From: an uncultured Bacteroidales bacterium
GTDB taxonomy: Bacteria; Bacteroidota; Bacteroidia; Bacteroidales; WCHB1-69
Assembly (NCBI GenBank): GCA_937949745.1
Contig: CALECM010000060.1
Coordinates: 4,143-68,142 of the forward strand
Direction: 5' to 3'
Length of the DNA: 64,000 bases
In this document: one piece after another, positions 29,969-40,800 of the stretch
Layout: each line of letters starts with the position of its first letter
Numbering within the stretch: position 1 is the stretch's first letter
Notes under the pieces: model-generated
The model's database searches: none
The model's input: only the letters and a program-made list of their open reading frames with translations
Told to the model about the DNA's origin: nothing
Made by a program: the position numbers and the translations under genes

Positions 29969-30267
29969 GTCATTCTGAGCGAAGCGAAGAATCTATTTTT
30001 TCGTCTAATAGAGATCCTTCATTACAGTCAGGATGATATTCAGATTCGGAGATTCTGAAAAAGCGAGATACTTGTTTTTGTTTAAATTAGATCCTTCACT
30101 ATGTTCAGGATGACATTCTTATTTGGGGATTGTCATTAAAGAATCCTTTTTTTCTAAATTAAAACCCTCACTGCGTTCAGGATTACACACTTATTCTGGG
30201 ATTGTCATTCTGAGCGAAGCGAAGAATCTGTTTTTATCTATACAGATCCTTCACGTTCAGGAGAATA
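29969..30267. repeat. Array of four imperfect hairpin (REP/MITE-like) units
   Basis: The left arm gtcattctgagcgaagcgaagaatct and the right arm agatccttcac..gttcaggatgac are imperfect reverse complements of each other. Full units lie at 29969-30037 and 30202-30267. Degenerate units lie at about 30039-30115 and 30130-30187. Confidence 0.7.
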
Positions 30268-30437
30268 TTCCGATTATATATATCATGGTGGTTAAGTCCA
30301 ATCGAAGCGACGGTGATTGATGAGGAATATTTTCTCTTATTTTAACAAATAATTTTACATATTACACGAAGAAGATAACTTTAATTCATATGGCGAACAA
30401 AAATATCAATCCCTGTGTATATATAATAAATTTCGTG

Positions 30438-30445
30438 TAAATTTG
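30438..30445 (+). promoter_or_regulatory. TAnnTTTG -7 box (TAAATTTG) upstream of rarA
   Basis: taaatttg ends 17 nt before the TTG start at 30463. Confidence 0.4.
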
Positions 30446-30462
30446 CGAAATAAATTAAAATT

Positions 30463-32739
30463 TTGACACGGCCATTAGCGGAAATATTACGTCCCGGAAC
30501 GATTGAAACTTATATCGGTCAATCTCATTTGATGGGAAAGGATGGTGTATTACGTGCGGCAATAGAAAATAGGAATCTCCACTCCATGATTTTATGGGGA
30601 CCGCCCGGTGTCGGGAAGACTACACTGGCTTTATTACTAGCCGAATTAACGGGAGTGGATTTCTACATGTTGAGTGCGATCAATTCCGGTGTGAAAGATA
30701 TCCGGGAGGTTTTTGATAAAGTAGAGAAATCTGGACGACCCTCAATCCTGTTTATAGATGAAATCCATCGTTTCTCAAAGTCCCAGCAGGATTCCTTACT
30801 GGGTGCCGTGGAGAGGGGACTTGTTACGTTAATAGGGGCTACTACGGAGAATCCGTCTTTCGAGGTGATCTCGCCGTTACTTTCACGATGCCAGGTATAT
30901 GTTCTTAAAAGTCTCGAAAAAGAAGATCTGGAAAAAATTCTGGAAACAGCGCGGGCTTATCTGGAAAAAGAACTTCATTCTGAGGTAATAATTGACGAAA
31001 ATGAAGCTCTTTTAAGGATCTCAGGTGGCGATGCCCGTAAATTAATTAATGCGGTGGAATTAGCCGCCACTTCCATAAAACCGGTAGATGGCGTGATCCG
31101 TTTAAATAATGAGGCTGTTTTAAAAGTAATTCAGAAGAACCTGGCTTTATATGATAAGAAAGGAGAAAATCACTATGATGTTATCTCTGCTTTTATCAAG
31201 TCGATCAGGGGAAGTGATCCTAATGCCGCCGTATACTGGCTGGCCCGCATGCTGACGGGAGGGGAAGATCCTCTGTTCATTGCCAGAAGAATGATCATCC
31301 TGGCTTCGGAAGATATAGGGAATGCCAATCCAAATGCATTGTTATTGGCTAACAGTTGTTTTCAGGCTGTACACCAGATCGGGATGCCGGAGGCGCAGCT
31401 CGTATTGTCGCAAACGGCTATTTATCTGGCTTCCTCGCCTAAAAGTAACGCTTCGTGTGTAGCGATCGGGGAGGCCATGAGCTGGGTAAAAAAGACCGGT
31501 GATCTTCCTGTTCCCTTACATATCAGGAACGCGCCTACAAAATTGATGAAGGATCTGGGTTATAGTAAAGGATACCAGTATGCCCATCATTACGAAGAAA
31601 ATTTTGTGGACCAGGAATTTTTGCCGCAATCCATAAGCGGGAAAAAATTTTATGAGCCGCAGGATAATCCCCGGGAGAATGAATTAAGACGTTATCTGAA
31701 AAAATGCTGGAAAGATAAATACAGATATGTGATATTGTTGTTGGTATCGCTGTGTTGTTTCCGTTTCGGTTATAGCCAGGATATCCATTATTCCCAGTTT
31801 TATGCGGCTCCGCTGGATATGAATCCGGCATTTACGGGTGTTTATGACGGAATACTGAGAGGCAGCCTTCATTACCGTAACCAATGGCTTGCCGTTACGG
31901 AACCTTTTGTAACCTGTTCTTTCGATTTTGACATGCCGGTATATAAAAATAACAGGAGAAATGAACTCTTCGGAGCCGGAATCAACCTCACTTCCGATAA
32001 AGCGGGAGATTCAAAATACCGGGCTTTGCAGGCCAATATTTCAGTGTCTTATGTAAAAGGGCTCGGAACCAGGAACAGGTTTAAAATAGGTCTTGGTTTT
32101 TACGGCGGTGTCGCACAAAGGAGTCTTCATTATACCCATCTCTATTTCGACGAACAATTCCAGTCCGGTTTTTTTGATCCGCAACTTCCGGTTTCGGAAG
32201 CTTTCCCATCTTCTTCTTTCTTTTTTTTTGATTGCGGCGCGGGTGTTTTCGGAAGTTTTGCACCTGACCGGGATAATCTGGTCACTTTGGGTGTCAGTGT
32301 CAGCCATCTGAATCGTCCCGACCAGTCTTTGTACAATGAAAAAGTGAGGATGAACATCAAACCGTTGGTATATGTTAATTCAAAAATTCAACTGACACGG
32401 GATCTTCTTCTTTTACCTGCTGTTTTTACTGCTTTTCAGGGTAAATATAAAGAAATAACTTTTGGTACCAATATCGAATATTTTATACGTAAGAACAGTT
32501 ATTCCTATGAGATTGCTTTTGGCGGAGGAATTTTCTACCGGTGGAAAGATGCTTTGATCATCGCGGCTCTTATAGAATGGAAAAATCTCAAATTAGGACT
32601 GAGTTATGATGTGAATCTTTCTTCTTTCCTCACAGCGACCCGTGGAAGAGGGGGATTTGAGGTAACCCTGGCTTACCTCTACCGGAAACCATCCGTTACG
32701 AGGATTGGAAGAGAACCATGTCCTTTCGGAATAATGTAA
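30463..32739 (+). CDS. rarA: Replication-associated recombination protein A (RarA/MgsA AAA+ ATPase) continuing in frame, without a stop codon, into a PorP/SprF-family module
   Basis: The N-terminal ~420 aa carry LAEILRPGTIETYIGQSHL, the Walker A motif GPPGVGKTT, FIDEIHRF and the MgsA C-terminal domain. From about aa 423 the ORF reads VILLLVSLCCFRFGYSQDIHYSQFYAAPLDMNPAFTG, which is a PorP/SprF N-terminus. The apparent start is TTG. Confidence 0.75.
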   Translation: MTRPLAEILRPGTIETYIGQSHLMGKDGVLRAAIENRNLHSMILWGPPGVGKTTLALLLAELTGVDFYMLSAINSGVKDIREVFDKVEKSGRPSILFIDEIHRFSKSQQDSLLGAVERGLVTLIGATTENPSFEVISPLLSRCQVYVLKSLEKEDLEKILETARAYLEKELHSEVIIDENEALLRISGGDARKLINAVELAATSIKPVDGVIRLNNEAVLKVIQKNLALYDKKGENHYDVISAFIKSIRGSDPNAAVYWLARMLTGGEDPLFIARRMIILASEDIGNANPNALLLANSCFQAVHQIGMPEAQLVLSQTAIYLASSPKSNASCVAIGEAMSWVKKTGDLPVPLHIRNAPTKLMKDLGYSKGYQYAHHYEENFVDQEFLPQSISGKKFYEPQDNPRENELRRYLKKCWKDKYRYVILLLVSLCCFRFGYSQDIHYSQFYAAPLDMNPAFTGVYDGILRGSLHYRNQWLAVTEPFVTCSFDFDMPVYKNNRRNELFGAGINLTSDKAGDSKYRALQANISVSYVKGLGTRNRFKIGLGFYGGVAQRSLHYTHLYFDEQFQSGFFDPQLPVSEAFPSSSFFFFDCGAGVFGSFAPDRDNLVTLGVSVSHLNRPDQSLYNEKVRMNIKPLVYVNSKIQLTRDLLLLPAVFTAFQGKYKEITFGTNIEYFIRKNSYSYEIAFGGGIFYRWKDALIIAALIEWKNLKLGLSYDVNLSSFLTATRGRGGFEVTLAYLYRKPSVTRIGREPCPFGIM
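31729..32739 (+). CDS. PorP/SprF-family type IX secretion membrane protein module (possible independent initiation at GTG 31729 or CTG 31696)
   Basis: QDIHYSQFYAAPLDMNPAFTG plus a beta-barrel-like remainder of about 335 aa, which is the full length expected for the family. There is no in-frame ATG near the junction. CTG-AAA-AAA at 31696 would give a classical signal peptide, MKKCWKDKYRYVILLLVSLCC. Confidence 0.4.
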   Translation: MILLLVSLCCFRFGYSQDIHYSQFYAAPLDMNPAFTGVYDGILRGSLHYRNQWLAVTEPFVTCSFDFDMPVYKNNRRNELFGAGINLTSDKAGDSKYRALQANISVSYVKGLGTRNRFKIGLGFYGGVAQRSLHYTHLYFDEQFQSGFFDPQLPVSEAFPSSSFFFFDCGAGVFGSFAPDRDNLVTLGVSVSHLNRPDQSLYNEKVRMNIKPLVYVNSKIQLTRDLLLLPAVFTAFQGKYKEITFGTNIEYFIRKNSYSYEIAFGGGIFYRWKDALIIAALIEWKNLKLGLSYDVNLSSFLTATRGRGGFEVTLAYLYRKPSVTRIGREPCPFGIM

Positions 32740-32746
32740 ATGAAGC

Positions 32747-34372
32747 ATGAAAAGTATATTTTTCTGCATATTTTTAACGGTTTTTCCGTTTTTTTTATAT
32801 CCACAGGGTACACTTCCCGTATTGCCCGATCCGGAAGAACAAATACTTTTTCTGAAACAAGATACATTACCGGTGGAAGTAGAATTATTACCCCGGAGAA
32901 TCAATACCCGTTTTTCCGAATATAATGGTATTCTTTATCCCGATTCCTCGTTTTTCTTTTCTTCACTTCGTGATGAAAGTGAGGGAGATTACCAGAACAT
33001 TTTCAAAAGCTTCTGGGCCATGAAAATTTATCAGTCCTGGCTAACCATAAGCGGTTATTCCCGTCCGGAACCTTTACCAAAGAGTATCAATCATCCTAAA
33101 TATTTTAATGCTAATTTTACCTTCAATGCCGGCAGGGATCATCTTTATTTCACCCGTTGTCAGCCGGTCATAGATACGGAATTAAAATGTGAATTGTGGG
33201 AGAGTAAAAAGACCCGGGGAAAATGGGCAAAACCCGTTAAGTTGAATTATCGGATCAATCTTCCGGGAACAAGCAATACGCAACCTTTTCTGGTAGAATA
33301 TGAAGATTTTACGGTCCTTTACTTTTCCTCGGACTGTCCCAGAGGATTCGGAGGGATGGATATTTGGTTTACGATTCTTAAAGACGGGAAATATGAGGAT
33401 CCCATTAACTTGGGAAACAAGATCAATACACCCGGGGATGAAATCACCCCTTTTTATGATCCCGCCAGGAAAGTACTCTTTTTCAGCTCTGATTATCATC
33501 CGGGGATAGGAGGCTTCGATATTTTTTACAGTCAGGGTGCGATGAGTGACTGGGCTGTTCCCTCCAATATGGGAGTGCCGTTCAATTCCGAAAGAAATGA
33601 TTATTATTTTACACAGAACTCTTTTAACAGGAGCGGCTATTTTTGTTCCAACCGTCCTACTGCCAGATCGAGACCGGGTGATACTTGTTGTTATGATATT
33701 TTCACTTACCGGTGGTTAAATGATCCCGAACCTCCGGAATATGTGCCGGAGGATACGGTCCCGGATACGCTTACCACCATAGAGAGGATCCGGCTTTCTT
33801 TACCGCTGGTACTTTATTTCCATAATGACCGGCCCGACCCGAGATCTTTGGATAGTACCACTTTAGTCGATTACCGGGCTGCGCTTTCCGATTATATCGC
33901 TTTGAAAGACCTTTACAGACAGGAATATGCAAGGGGATTGACCGGAGCTAAAAAGGAAGAAGCCCAACTGGCTATCGATCTTTTTTTCAGGGATTCCGTG
34001 GAAAAAGGATTTCAAAAGCTGGAATTATTCACCCGTTATTTGGTGCAGGAACTGGAAGCAGGCAAAAACGTCTCGATTACGGTAAGCGGATATGCCAGCG
34101 CGTTACACGGCAAAGAATATAACCGGAGGCTTACGCTACGCAGGATCGCCAGTTTTAAGAATTATCTAGAGGAGTATGATAACGGGATTCTCGTGCCCTA
34201 TATGTATGGTGAAAGACAAAATAAACTCACGATCATTACGGATCCGAAAGGCAGTATGGAAGCCATCCGGAAAAATGTAAGCGATAATCCTCAGGATAAA
34301 CGGAATTCTATTTACAGTATAGAGGCATCTTTGGAAAGGAGAATCCAGATTACGGAAATTGAGGAATGGTAA
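32747..34372 (+). CDS. OmpA-family protein with PD40/TolB-like repeats (resembles the OmpA-like T9SS-associated proteins often found next to PorP/SprF paralogues)
   Basis: Signal peptide MKSIFFCIFLTVFPFFLYPQG. The central region is WD40-like/PD40-like (LYFSSD...GGMDIW, LFFSSDYHPGIGGFDIF). The C-terminus is OmpA-like (ITVSGYASALHGKEYNRRLTLRRIASFKNYL). Confidence 0.65.
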   Translation: MKSIFFCIFLTVFPFFLYPQGTLPVLPDPEEQILFLKQDTLPVEVELLPRRINTRFSEYNGILYPDSSFFFSSLRDESEGDYQNIFKSFWAMKIYQSWLTISGYSRPEPLPKSINHPKYFNANFTFNAGRDHLYFTRCQPVIDTELKCELWESKKTRGKWAKPVKLNYRINLPGTSNTQPFLVEYEDFTVLYFSSDCPRGFGGMDIWFTILKDGKYEDPINLGNKINTPGDEITPFYDPARKVLFFSSDYHPGIGGFDIFYSQGAMSDWAVPSNMGVPFNSERNDYYFTQNSFNRSGYFCSNRPTARSRPGDTCCYDIFTYRWLNDPEPPEYVPEDTVPDTLTTIERIRLSLPLVLYFHNDRPDPRSLDSTTLVDYRAALSDYIALKDLYRQEYARGLTGAKKEEAQLAIDLFFRDSVEKGFQKLELFTRYLVQELEAGKNVSITVSGYASALHGKEYNRRLTLRRIASFKNYLEEYDNGILVPYMYGERQNKLTIITDPKGSMEAIRKNVSDNPQDKRNSIYSIEASLERRIQITEIEEW

Positions 34373-34373
34373 T

Positions 34374-35171
34374 TTAGTTCATCCCCCTCGATTTTTTGAT
34401 TCTCTCGTAAGCCTGGTTCAGTTTGGTGAATTTTACTTCCGCATCTTTACGTATCTCTTCACCTAAGTGATTCACTTTATCGGGATGGTATTTCTTAGCG
34501 AGGTTCCGGTAAGCTTTTTTCACTTCTTCATCAGTTGCGGAAGAAGGAATTTCCAGTATTTTATAGTCATTGTCCAGATTGTAATTCTGGGCGGTATTGA
34601 AAGATGATGAGGAACCCGAATAGGTGTATCCTCCCCCGAAACCGGCCTGACTCCAATAACTGAAAGTATACATGGATTTGATGGATTCGTAATCATTACG
34701 GCTGACTCCCATCAGGTCTGAAATACGCTGTATGGTTGCCAATTCCGGCTGGTTGAAATTACCGTCCGCTCCGGCTACTCCGAATAAAAACTGAAGTATG
34801 TATAATTTCTCATGGATACTGGCTTTTCCCCTTATTTCGTTACATACGGCATCGACATTATAATCGCTATCCAGTATATCCCGGAGCTTTATTAATAATT
34901 TTTGCGCCGTGTCCAGGCTATAATTATTACGAAGATAGTTCTTGATATAATTAAGTTCCGAGGTTTTTACGTCGCCGTCGGATTTCATTACTTCCGCCGT
35001 CAATATCAGGATGATTTCCGTAAAATCCTGTTGACTGTAATGGTGTTGGGACCTGTACAGCTTTCTTCTGAAAACGAGTCCGTCGATAATGGATCCGATA
35101 ATGAATCCCAATATACCTCCGAAAAACCCGTTGGTAAATAATCCGATAAGCAGTCCGATAAAAGTGAACAT
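34374..35171 (-). CDS. DjlA-like co-chaperone: N-terminal TM segment, TerB-like domain, C-terminal J domain
   Basis: The J domain reads [32 protein letters not shown] use the ATG at 35171 ([10 protein letters not shown]...), because the longer track ORF would overlap the rimO 3' end. Confidence 0.7.
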   Translation of the reverse strand: MFTFIGLLIGLFTNGFFGGILGFIIGSIIDGLVFRRKLYRSQHHYSQQDFTEIILILTAEVMKSDGDVKTSELNYIKNYLRNNYSLDTAQKLLIKLRDILDSDYNVDAVCNEIRGKASIHEKLYILQFLFGVAGADGNFNQPELATIQRISDLMGVSRNDYESIKSMYTFSYWSQAGFGGGYTYSGSSSSFNTAQNYNLDNDYKILEIPSSATDEEVKKAYRNLAKKYHPDKVNHLGEEIRKDAEVKFTKLNQAYERIKKSRGMN

Positions 35172-35199
35172 ATTACTATAAATTACTATAATACAATGG

Positions 35200-36480
35200 T
35201 TAAGACTTATCCAGGGTGCCGTAGAGATCATAGGGGTCACCGCGGTCGATATGGACAGGATAAAAATTACCTATGGTCAAAATCTCCGGTGATGAAATGA
35301 ATACGCTGTTATCCACTTCCGGGGAATCAAATTCGGTCCGTCCTATATAAAGATCATTTTCCTGATCATCGATGATCACTTTCATCGTGGTTCCCACTCG
35401 CGCATGATTGAGTTCGTGGGAAATGCCTTCCTGTATGGTCATCAATTCTTCGAGTCTTTTATTTTTTTCTTTAGGCTTTACAGGATCTCCAAGCGGAAAT
35501 GCCGGTGTTCCTTCTTCCGGAGAATAGGAAAACACGCCCAGTCGTTCAAACCGGACATCTTCAATGAATTTCACCAGTTCTTTGTGGGCTTCTTTGGTCT
35601 CGGTAGGGTAACCTGAAATTAAAGTTGTCCTTAAGGTGATGCCCGGAACTCTCTCTCTGATAGTATCAATAAGTTGGTATATTTTGGCAGGCGTAGAGGG
35701 GCGGTTCATACTTTTCAGCACATTTTCATTGATGTGTTGCAATGGTATATCCAGATATTTACAAATATTGGGATGCTTCGCCATGACTTCCAATACCCCG
35801 TATGGGAAATCATTAGGATAAGCATAATGCAGCCTGATCCATTCCAATCCCCTGATTTGGGCCAAAGCTTCCAGTAGACGGTCCAGTTCCCTTTGCCGGG
35901 AAAGGTCCATTCCATAATAAGTGAGATCCTGTGCAATGAGAATCAGTTCTTTAACACCCTTTTCCACCAATGCATGAGTTTCCCGGATGATCTGGTCTAA
36001 AGGTTTGGAAATTTGCCTGCCGCGAATACCCGGTATGGCACAAAAAGAACACTGCCTGTCACAGCCTTCCGAAATTTTCAGATAGGCATAATGGGAAGGT
36101 GTACTCAGTTCCCTGCCATCATGGTGCAGGAGATCGAAATCTTCCGATTGCAGAAGGGCAGGTAATTCCGTAAAAGTATAAAATCCGTCTACTTCAGGGA
36201 TCGTATCCGCGAGATCTGATTTGTAACGCTGGGCGAGACATCCCATTACGTACACTTTTTTGACCAGTCCTTTATTTTTCCGGTCTATCTGTAAAAATAT
36301 CTCTTCTATGGATTCTTCTTTGGCATCCCGTATAAAACTGCATGTGTTGATCAGTACGATATCCGTATCACGCTCCGATTCAAAAAAAATCTGATGTCCC
36401 AGTCCGGTAAATTTAGAGGCGATAACTTCGGAATCCACACTGTTTTTAGAGCATCCCAGCGTGATGATGTTAATGGTCAT
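35200..36480 (-). CDS. rimO: Ribosomal protein S12 methylthiotransferase
   Basis: 426 aa. UPF0004 N-terminal domain ([11 protein letters not shown]), radical SAM motif [11 protein letters not shown] and a C-terminal TRAM domain. Confidence 0.8.
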   Translation of the reverse strand: MTINIITLGCSKNSVDSEVIASKFTGLGHQIFFESERDTDIVLINTCSFIRDAKEESIEEIFLQIDRKNKGLVKKVYVMGCLAQRYKSDLADTIPEVDGFYTFTELPALLQSEDFDLLHHDGRELSTPSHYAYLKISEGCDRQCSFCAIPGIRGRQISKPLDQIIRETHALVEKGVKELILIAQDLTYYGMDLSRQRELDRLLEALAQIRGLEWIRLHYAYPNDFPYGVLEVMAKHPNICKYLDIPLQHINENVLKSMNRPSTPAKIYQLIDTIRERVPGITLRTTLISGYPTETKEAHKELVKFIEDVRFERLGVFSYSPEEGTPAFPLGDPVKPKEKNKRLEELMTIQEGISHELNHARVGTTMKVIIDDQENDLYIGRTEFDSPEVDNSVFISSPEILTIGNFYPVHIDRGDPYDLYGTLDKS

Positions 36481-36493
36481 AATTGATTATCGA

Positions 36494-37795
<1,302 letters not shown>

Positions 37796-38022
37796 TTAAT
37801 TTTAATATAGTTCGAATATAATTGTTTTCCTTCTGCAAAAATATAAAAAAAGTTCAAGGATTGCGGCATGTAAAGGTAAGAGTTCTGAATTTAATGGCAC
37901 GCCGATGAACGATTTTTAAAGTAACCATCAAAAACAGGGGAAGTTCAACGATAGGCTTGATTGTATTATTATTCGAAAATATTTTTTAGATAATTCTGTC
38001 ATTGTTATATCAGATATTAAAA

Positions 38023-38095
38023 ATGTCATCCTGAACGAAGGTGAGGGATCTGATCAGGAGCGAACGAAAGATTCTTCGCTACGCTCAGAATGACA
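38023..38095. repeat. Single hairpin-repeat unit of the same family as 29969-30267, in opposite orientation
   Basis: tgtcatcctgaacgaaggtgagggatct ... gattcttcgctacgctcagaatgaca. Confidence 0.65.
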
Positions 38096-38193
38096 ATCAA
38101 TACGCTCATAATAACAGGAAACAGGCTTATAGTACCAAGAATGTATATTCATTTTCAAGATAGGAATTCCGTTCGCAATCCGGTAAAAAAACG

Positions 38194-38201
38194 TATTTTT
38201 G
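38194..38201 (+). promoter_or_regulatory. TAnnTTTG -7 box (TATTTTTG)
   Basis: tatttttg lies 30 nt upstream of the ATG at 38232. Confidence 0.45.
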
Positions 38202-38231
38202 CACGATGAACGAGTTAATTTCCGGGAAATC

Positions 38232-39344
38232 ATGAATATCGGGTTTGATGCAAAACGAGCTTTTTTTAACCGCAGCGGTCTGGGGAATTACAGTCGAAAC
38301 CTGATACGGGCGCTGGAAACCTGCTTTCCTGATCATCGTTATTTCCTGTACACTTCTACCGCTGAAAATTCCCTTTTCGATCATTTCTCATCGGAAGTGG
38401 TGACACCGAAAGGAATGGACGCTTATTTTCCTTCGCATTGGAGAAACCGCCACCTCAGTCCGGATATTACCGCTCATCAACTGGATATTTTCCATGGTTT
38501 GAGTAATCAGTTACCGGCAGATATTGAGAAGTCCCATGTTAAATCGGTCGTTACTTTTCATGATGTCATATTTATGCGACATCCGGAATGGTATAAATGG
38601 CACGACAGGATGGTTTATAAAAGAAAAACCGCTTTTGCGGTCCGGAAAGCGGATGCGATTATCGCGATAAGCCGTCAGACCAAAGACGATCTGATCCGTT
38701 TTTTTAATGCGGATGAGAATAAGATATCGGTTATCTACCAACCGTGTGATCCCCTTTTTACGAAGCCATACACGGAAGAACAAAAAGAAACCGTCCGCAA
38801 AAAATGGTCGTTACCCGCTCACTTCCTGCTTATGGTCGGCAATATCGAGAAACGGAAGAATATCATGCACGTATTGCAGGCTTTGCAAAGAAAAAGACTG
38901 GATATTCCGCTCGTGATCGTAGGGAAACAGAATCAGTATGCCGAAGAGTTAAAGCGATATGTTAATGAGAACCATATACCTGACGTATTTTTCCTGCATG
39001 ATATCTCCCGCGAAGAATTACCGTTGATATACCTGTCAGCCGATATTTTTATTTACCCCTCTTTCTTTGAGGGTTTCGGGATTCCGGTGCTGGAGGCGAT
39101 ATCCACTTCCGTTCCCGTTATCGCGGGCGATAATTCCTGTTTAAAAGAAACGGGAGGCGACGCTGCCTTGTATGTCGATCCCGGTAATATCGACCAGATA
39201 GCCGAAACCATTGAGATACTGTGGAATGATCAGCATATCCGGGAATCTTTGAGGGAGAAAGCCCGTATACAGGCACAGTTATTTAACATGGAGAATTATG
39301 CCGCCCGAATGATCCGTCTTTACGAAGATCTTTTGTCCCATTAA
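38232..39344 (+). CDS. Glycosyltransferase family 4 (GT-B, GT1-type)
   Basis: MNIGFDAKRAFFNRSGLGNYSRNLIRAL. The C-terminus carries the EGFGIPVLEA motif typical of Glycos_transf_1. Confidence 0.8.
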   Translation: MNIGFDAKRAFFNRSGLGNYSRNLIRALETCFPDHRYFLYTSTAENSLFDHFSSEVVTPKGMDAYFPSHWRNRHLSPDITAHQLDIFHGLSNQLPADIEKSHVKSVVTFHDVIFMRHPEWYKWHDRMVYKRKTAFAVRKADAIIAISRQTKDDLIRFFNADENKISVIYQPCDPLFTKPYTEEQKETVRKKWSLPAHFLLMVGNIEKRKNIMHVLQALQRKRLDIPLVIVGKQNQYAEELKRYVNENHIPDVFFLHDISREELPLIYLSADIFIYPSFFEGFGIPVLEAISTSVPVIAGDNSCLKETGGDAALYVDPGNIDQIAETIEILWNDQHIRESLREKARIQAQLFNMENYAARMIRLYEDLLSH

Positions 39345-39359
39345 ATTTACATTGGCTTC

Positions 39360-39980
39360 ATGATAAAGATCGACCGTTTAACCGTCAGATATAATAAAGA
39401 GATTCCATTCAGGGAATTAAGCTTTGAAGTTAAGCGCGGGGAAAAAGCGACGTTAACCGGTCCTTCAGGAAGCGGAAAGAGTACGCTGTTAAATGTAATT
39501 CCGGGTTTTGTTTACCCCGAACAAGGGAACGTATATATAGACAATACTTTACTTTCGGAAGATACCGTAACGGATTTACGTAAACTAACGGCCTGGCTTC
39601 CCCAGGAATTGAATCTGGAGTTAGACAATGTGGAAACATTACTCTATTATCCTTTTGGTTTTAAAGAGAATAAGGACAAAAAGCCTTCGAAAGAAAAAAT
39701 TTATGAGCTTTTTGATCGATTATTACTCGAAGAAAATCTTTTGGCAAAGAGCCTTCAGGAAATTTCCGGAGGACAGAAACAACGGATAGCTTTATGTTCG
39801 GCTATTTTACTGGAGAAACCTGTCCTGCTTTTGGATGAACCTACTTCCGCACTGGATGATAAATCCTGCGACAGGGTATGTGAAGTGATCCTGGCATTGA
39901 CGGAGACGACGGTCCTCGCGGCATCCCATGATCATCGTTGGATTAATAAGATGGGAAGGCAAATAGAAATCAAGAATTAG
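39360..39980 (+). CDS. ABC transporter ATP-binding protein (FetA/YbbL-like)
   Basis: Walker A GPSGSGKST, signature LSGGQKQRIAL-like ISGGQKQRIAL and Walker B LLLDEPTSALD. It is paired with a UPF0014-type permease. Confidence 0.7.
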   Translation: MIKIDRLTVRYNKEIPFRELSFEVKRGEKATLTGPSGSGKSTLLNVIPGFVYPEQGNVYIDNTLLSEDTVTDLRKLTAWLPQELNLELDNVETLLYYPFGFKENKDKKPSKEKIYELFDRLLLEENLLAKSLQEISGGQKQRIALCSAILLEKPVLLLDEPTSALDDKSCDRVCEVILALTETTVLAASHDHRWINKMGRQIEIKN

Positions 39981-40001
39981 CGATTTAACAGCTTAAATAC
40001 C

Positions 40002-40796
40002 ATGGGTGCACAAGATATTTCCTGGCTCAATCTGATATTAGGTTATTTATTGCTTATCATTCCCGTGATGATTTTCCGGTATTATCAGACCGGCATGATA
40101 AAACCCATGCTGATTTCGATGCTCCGGATGTCGCTACAGCTGTTTTTAGTAGGTTTATACCTTAAATATCTTTTCCGGTTAAATAATCCCTGGATCAATA
40201 TCGCGTGGGTATTGATTATGATCCTGGTGACGGCCTATACGATCGTAAGCCGGACCCGTCTGCCCCGGAGATTACTTTTTATTCCTGTTTTCCTTGCACT
40301 AATCCTGAGCATTTCTTTAGTAGACCTTTTCCTGCTTGGCGTGGTATTGAAGCTCGATTTTATCTTCGAAGCCCGTTACCTGATTCCTTTAACGGGCATG
40401 TTGATCGGGAACAGTTTGAACAATACGGTGATCGGGGTCGATCATTTCTATAACTGTATCCGCCAGCAACAAAATACTTATCGCTTTGCCCTTGCAAACG
40501 GGGCTTCTCAATCGGAGGCCGTGCATATTTTTATACGTGATTCGATCCGGAAAGCCATGAATCCCACCATAGCCTCCACGGCCGTGATGGGCATCGTATC
40601 GCTTCCGGGTATGATGACGGGTCAGATATTGGGCGGCAGCGATCCTTCGGTAGCCATAAAATACCAGATATTAATTATGATCATGATATTCGTATCCTCC
40701 CTGGTAACATTATGGTTGTCGATACTATTCTGCAACCGCAAAGCGTTCGATAAATTCGGGAATCCCGACGGACGGATAATGAAAATTTCGCATTAG
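40002..40796 (+). CDS. UPF0014/FetB(YbbM)-like ABC permease
   Basis: 264-aa polytopic membrane protein immediately downstream of the ATPase. Size and topology are typical of FetB-family permeases. Confidence 0.55.
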   Translation: MGAQDISWLNLILGYLLLIIPVMIFRYYQTGMIKPMLISMLRMSLQLFLVGLYLKYLFRLNNPWINIAWVLIMILVTAYTIVSRTRLPRRLLFIPVFLALILSISLVDLFLLGVVLKLDFIFEARYLIPLTGMLIGNSLNNTVIGVDHFYNCIRQQQNTYRFALANGASQSEAVHIFIRDSIRKAMNPTIASTAVMGIVSLPGMMTGQILGGSDPSVAIKYQILIMIMIFVSSLVTLWLSILFCNRKAFDKFGNPDGRIMKISH

Positions 40797-40800
40797 TTAA

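Noticed and set aside
29969-30320. CRISPR array, or the small ORF 30123..30320 (65 aa)
   Set aside because: The units are internally palindromic, vary in sequence and spacing, and have no unique spacers or nearby cas genes. The same arms occur singly at two other loci. The ORF is just a translation of the repeat arms (VILSEAKNL).
34374-35240. Long version of the DjlA-like ORF starting at 35240
   Set aside because: It would overlap the 3' end of rimO by 41 nt. The ATG at 35171 begins directly with the hydrophobic TM segment expected for DjlA-like proteins.
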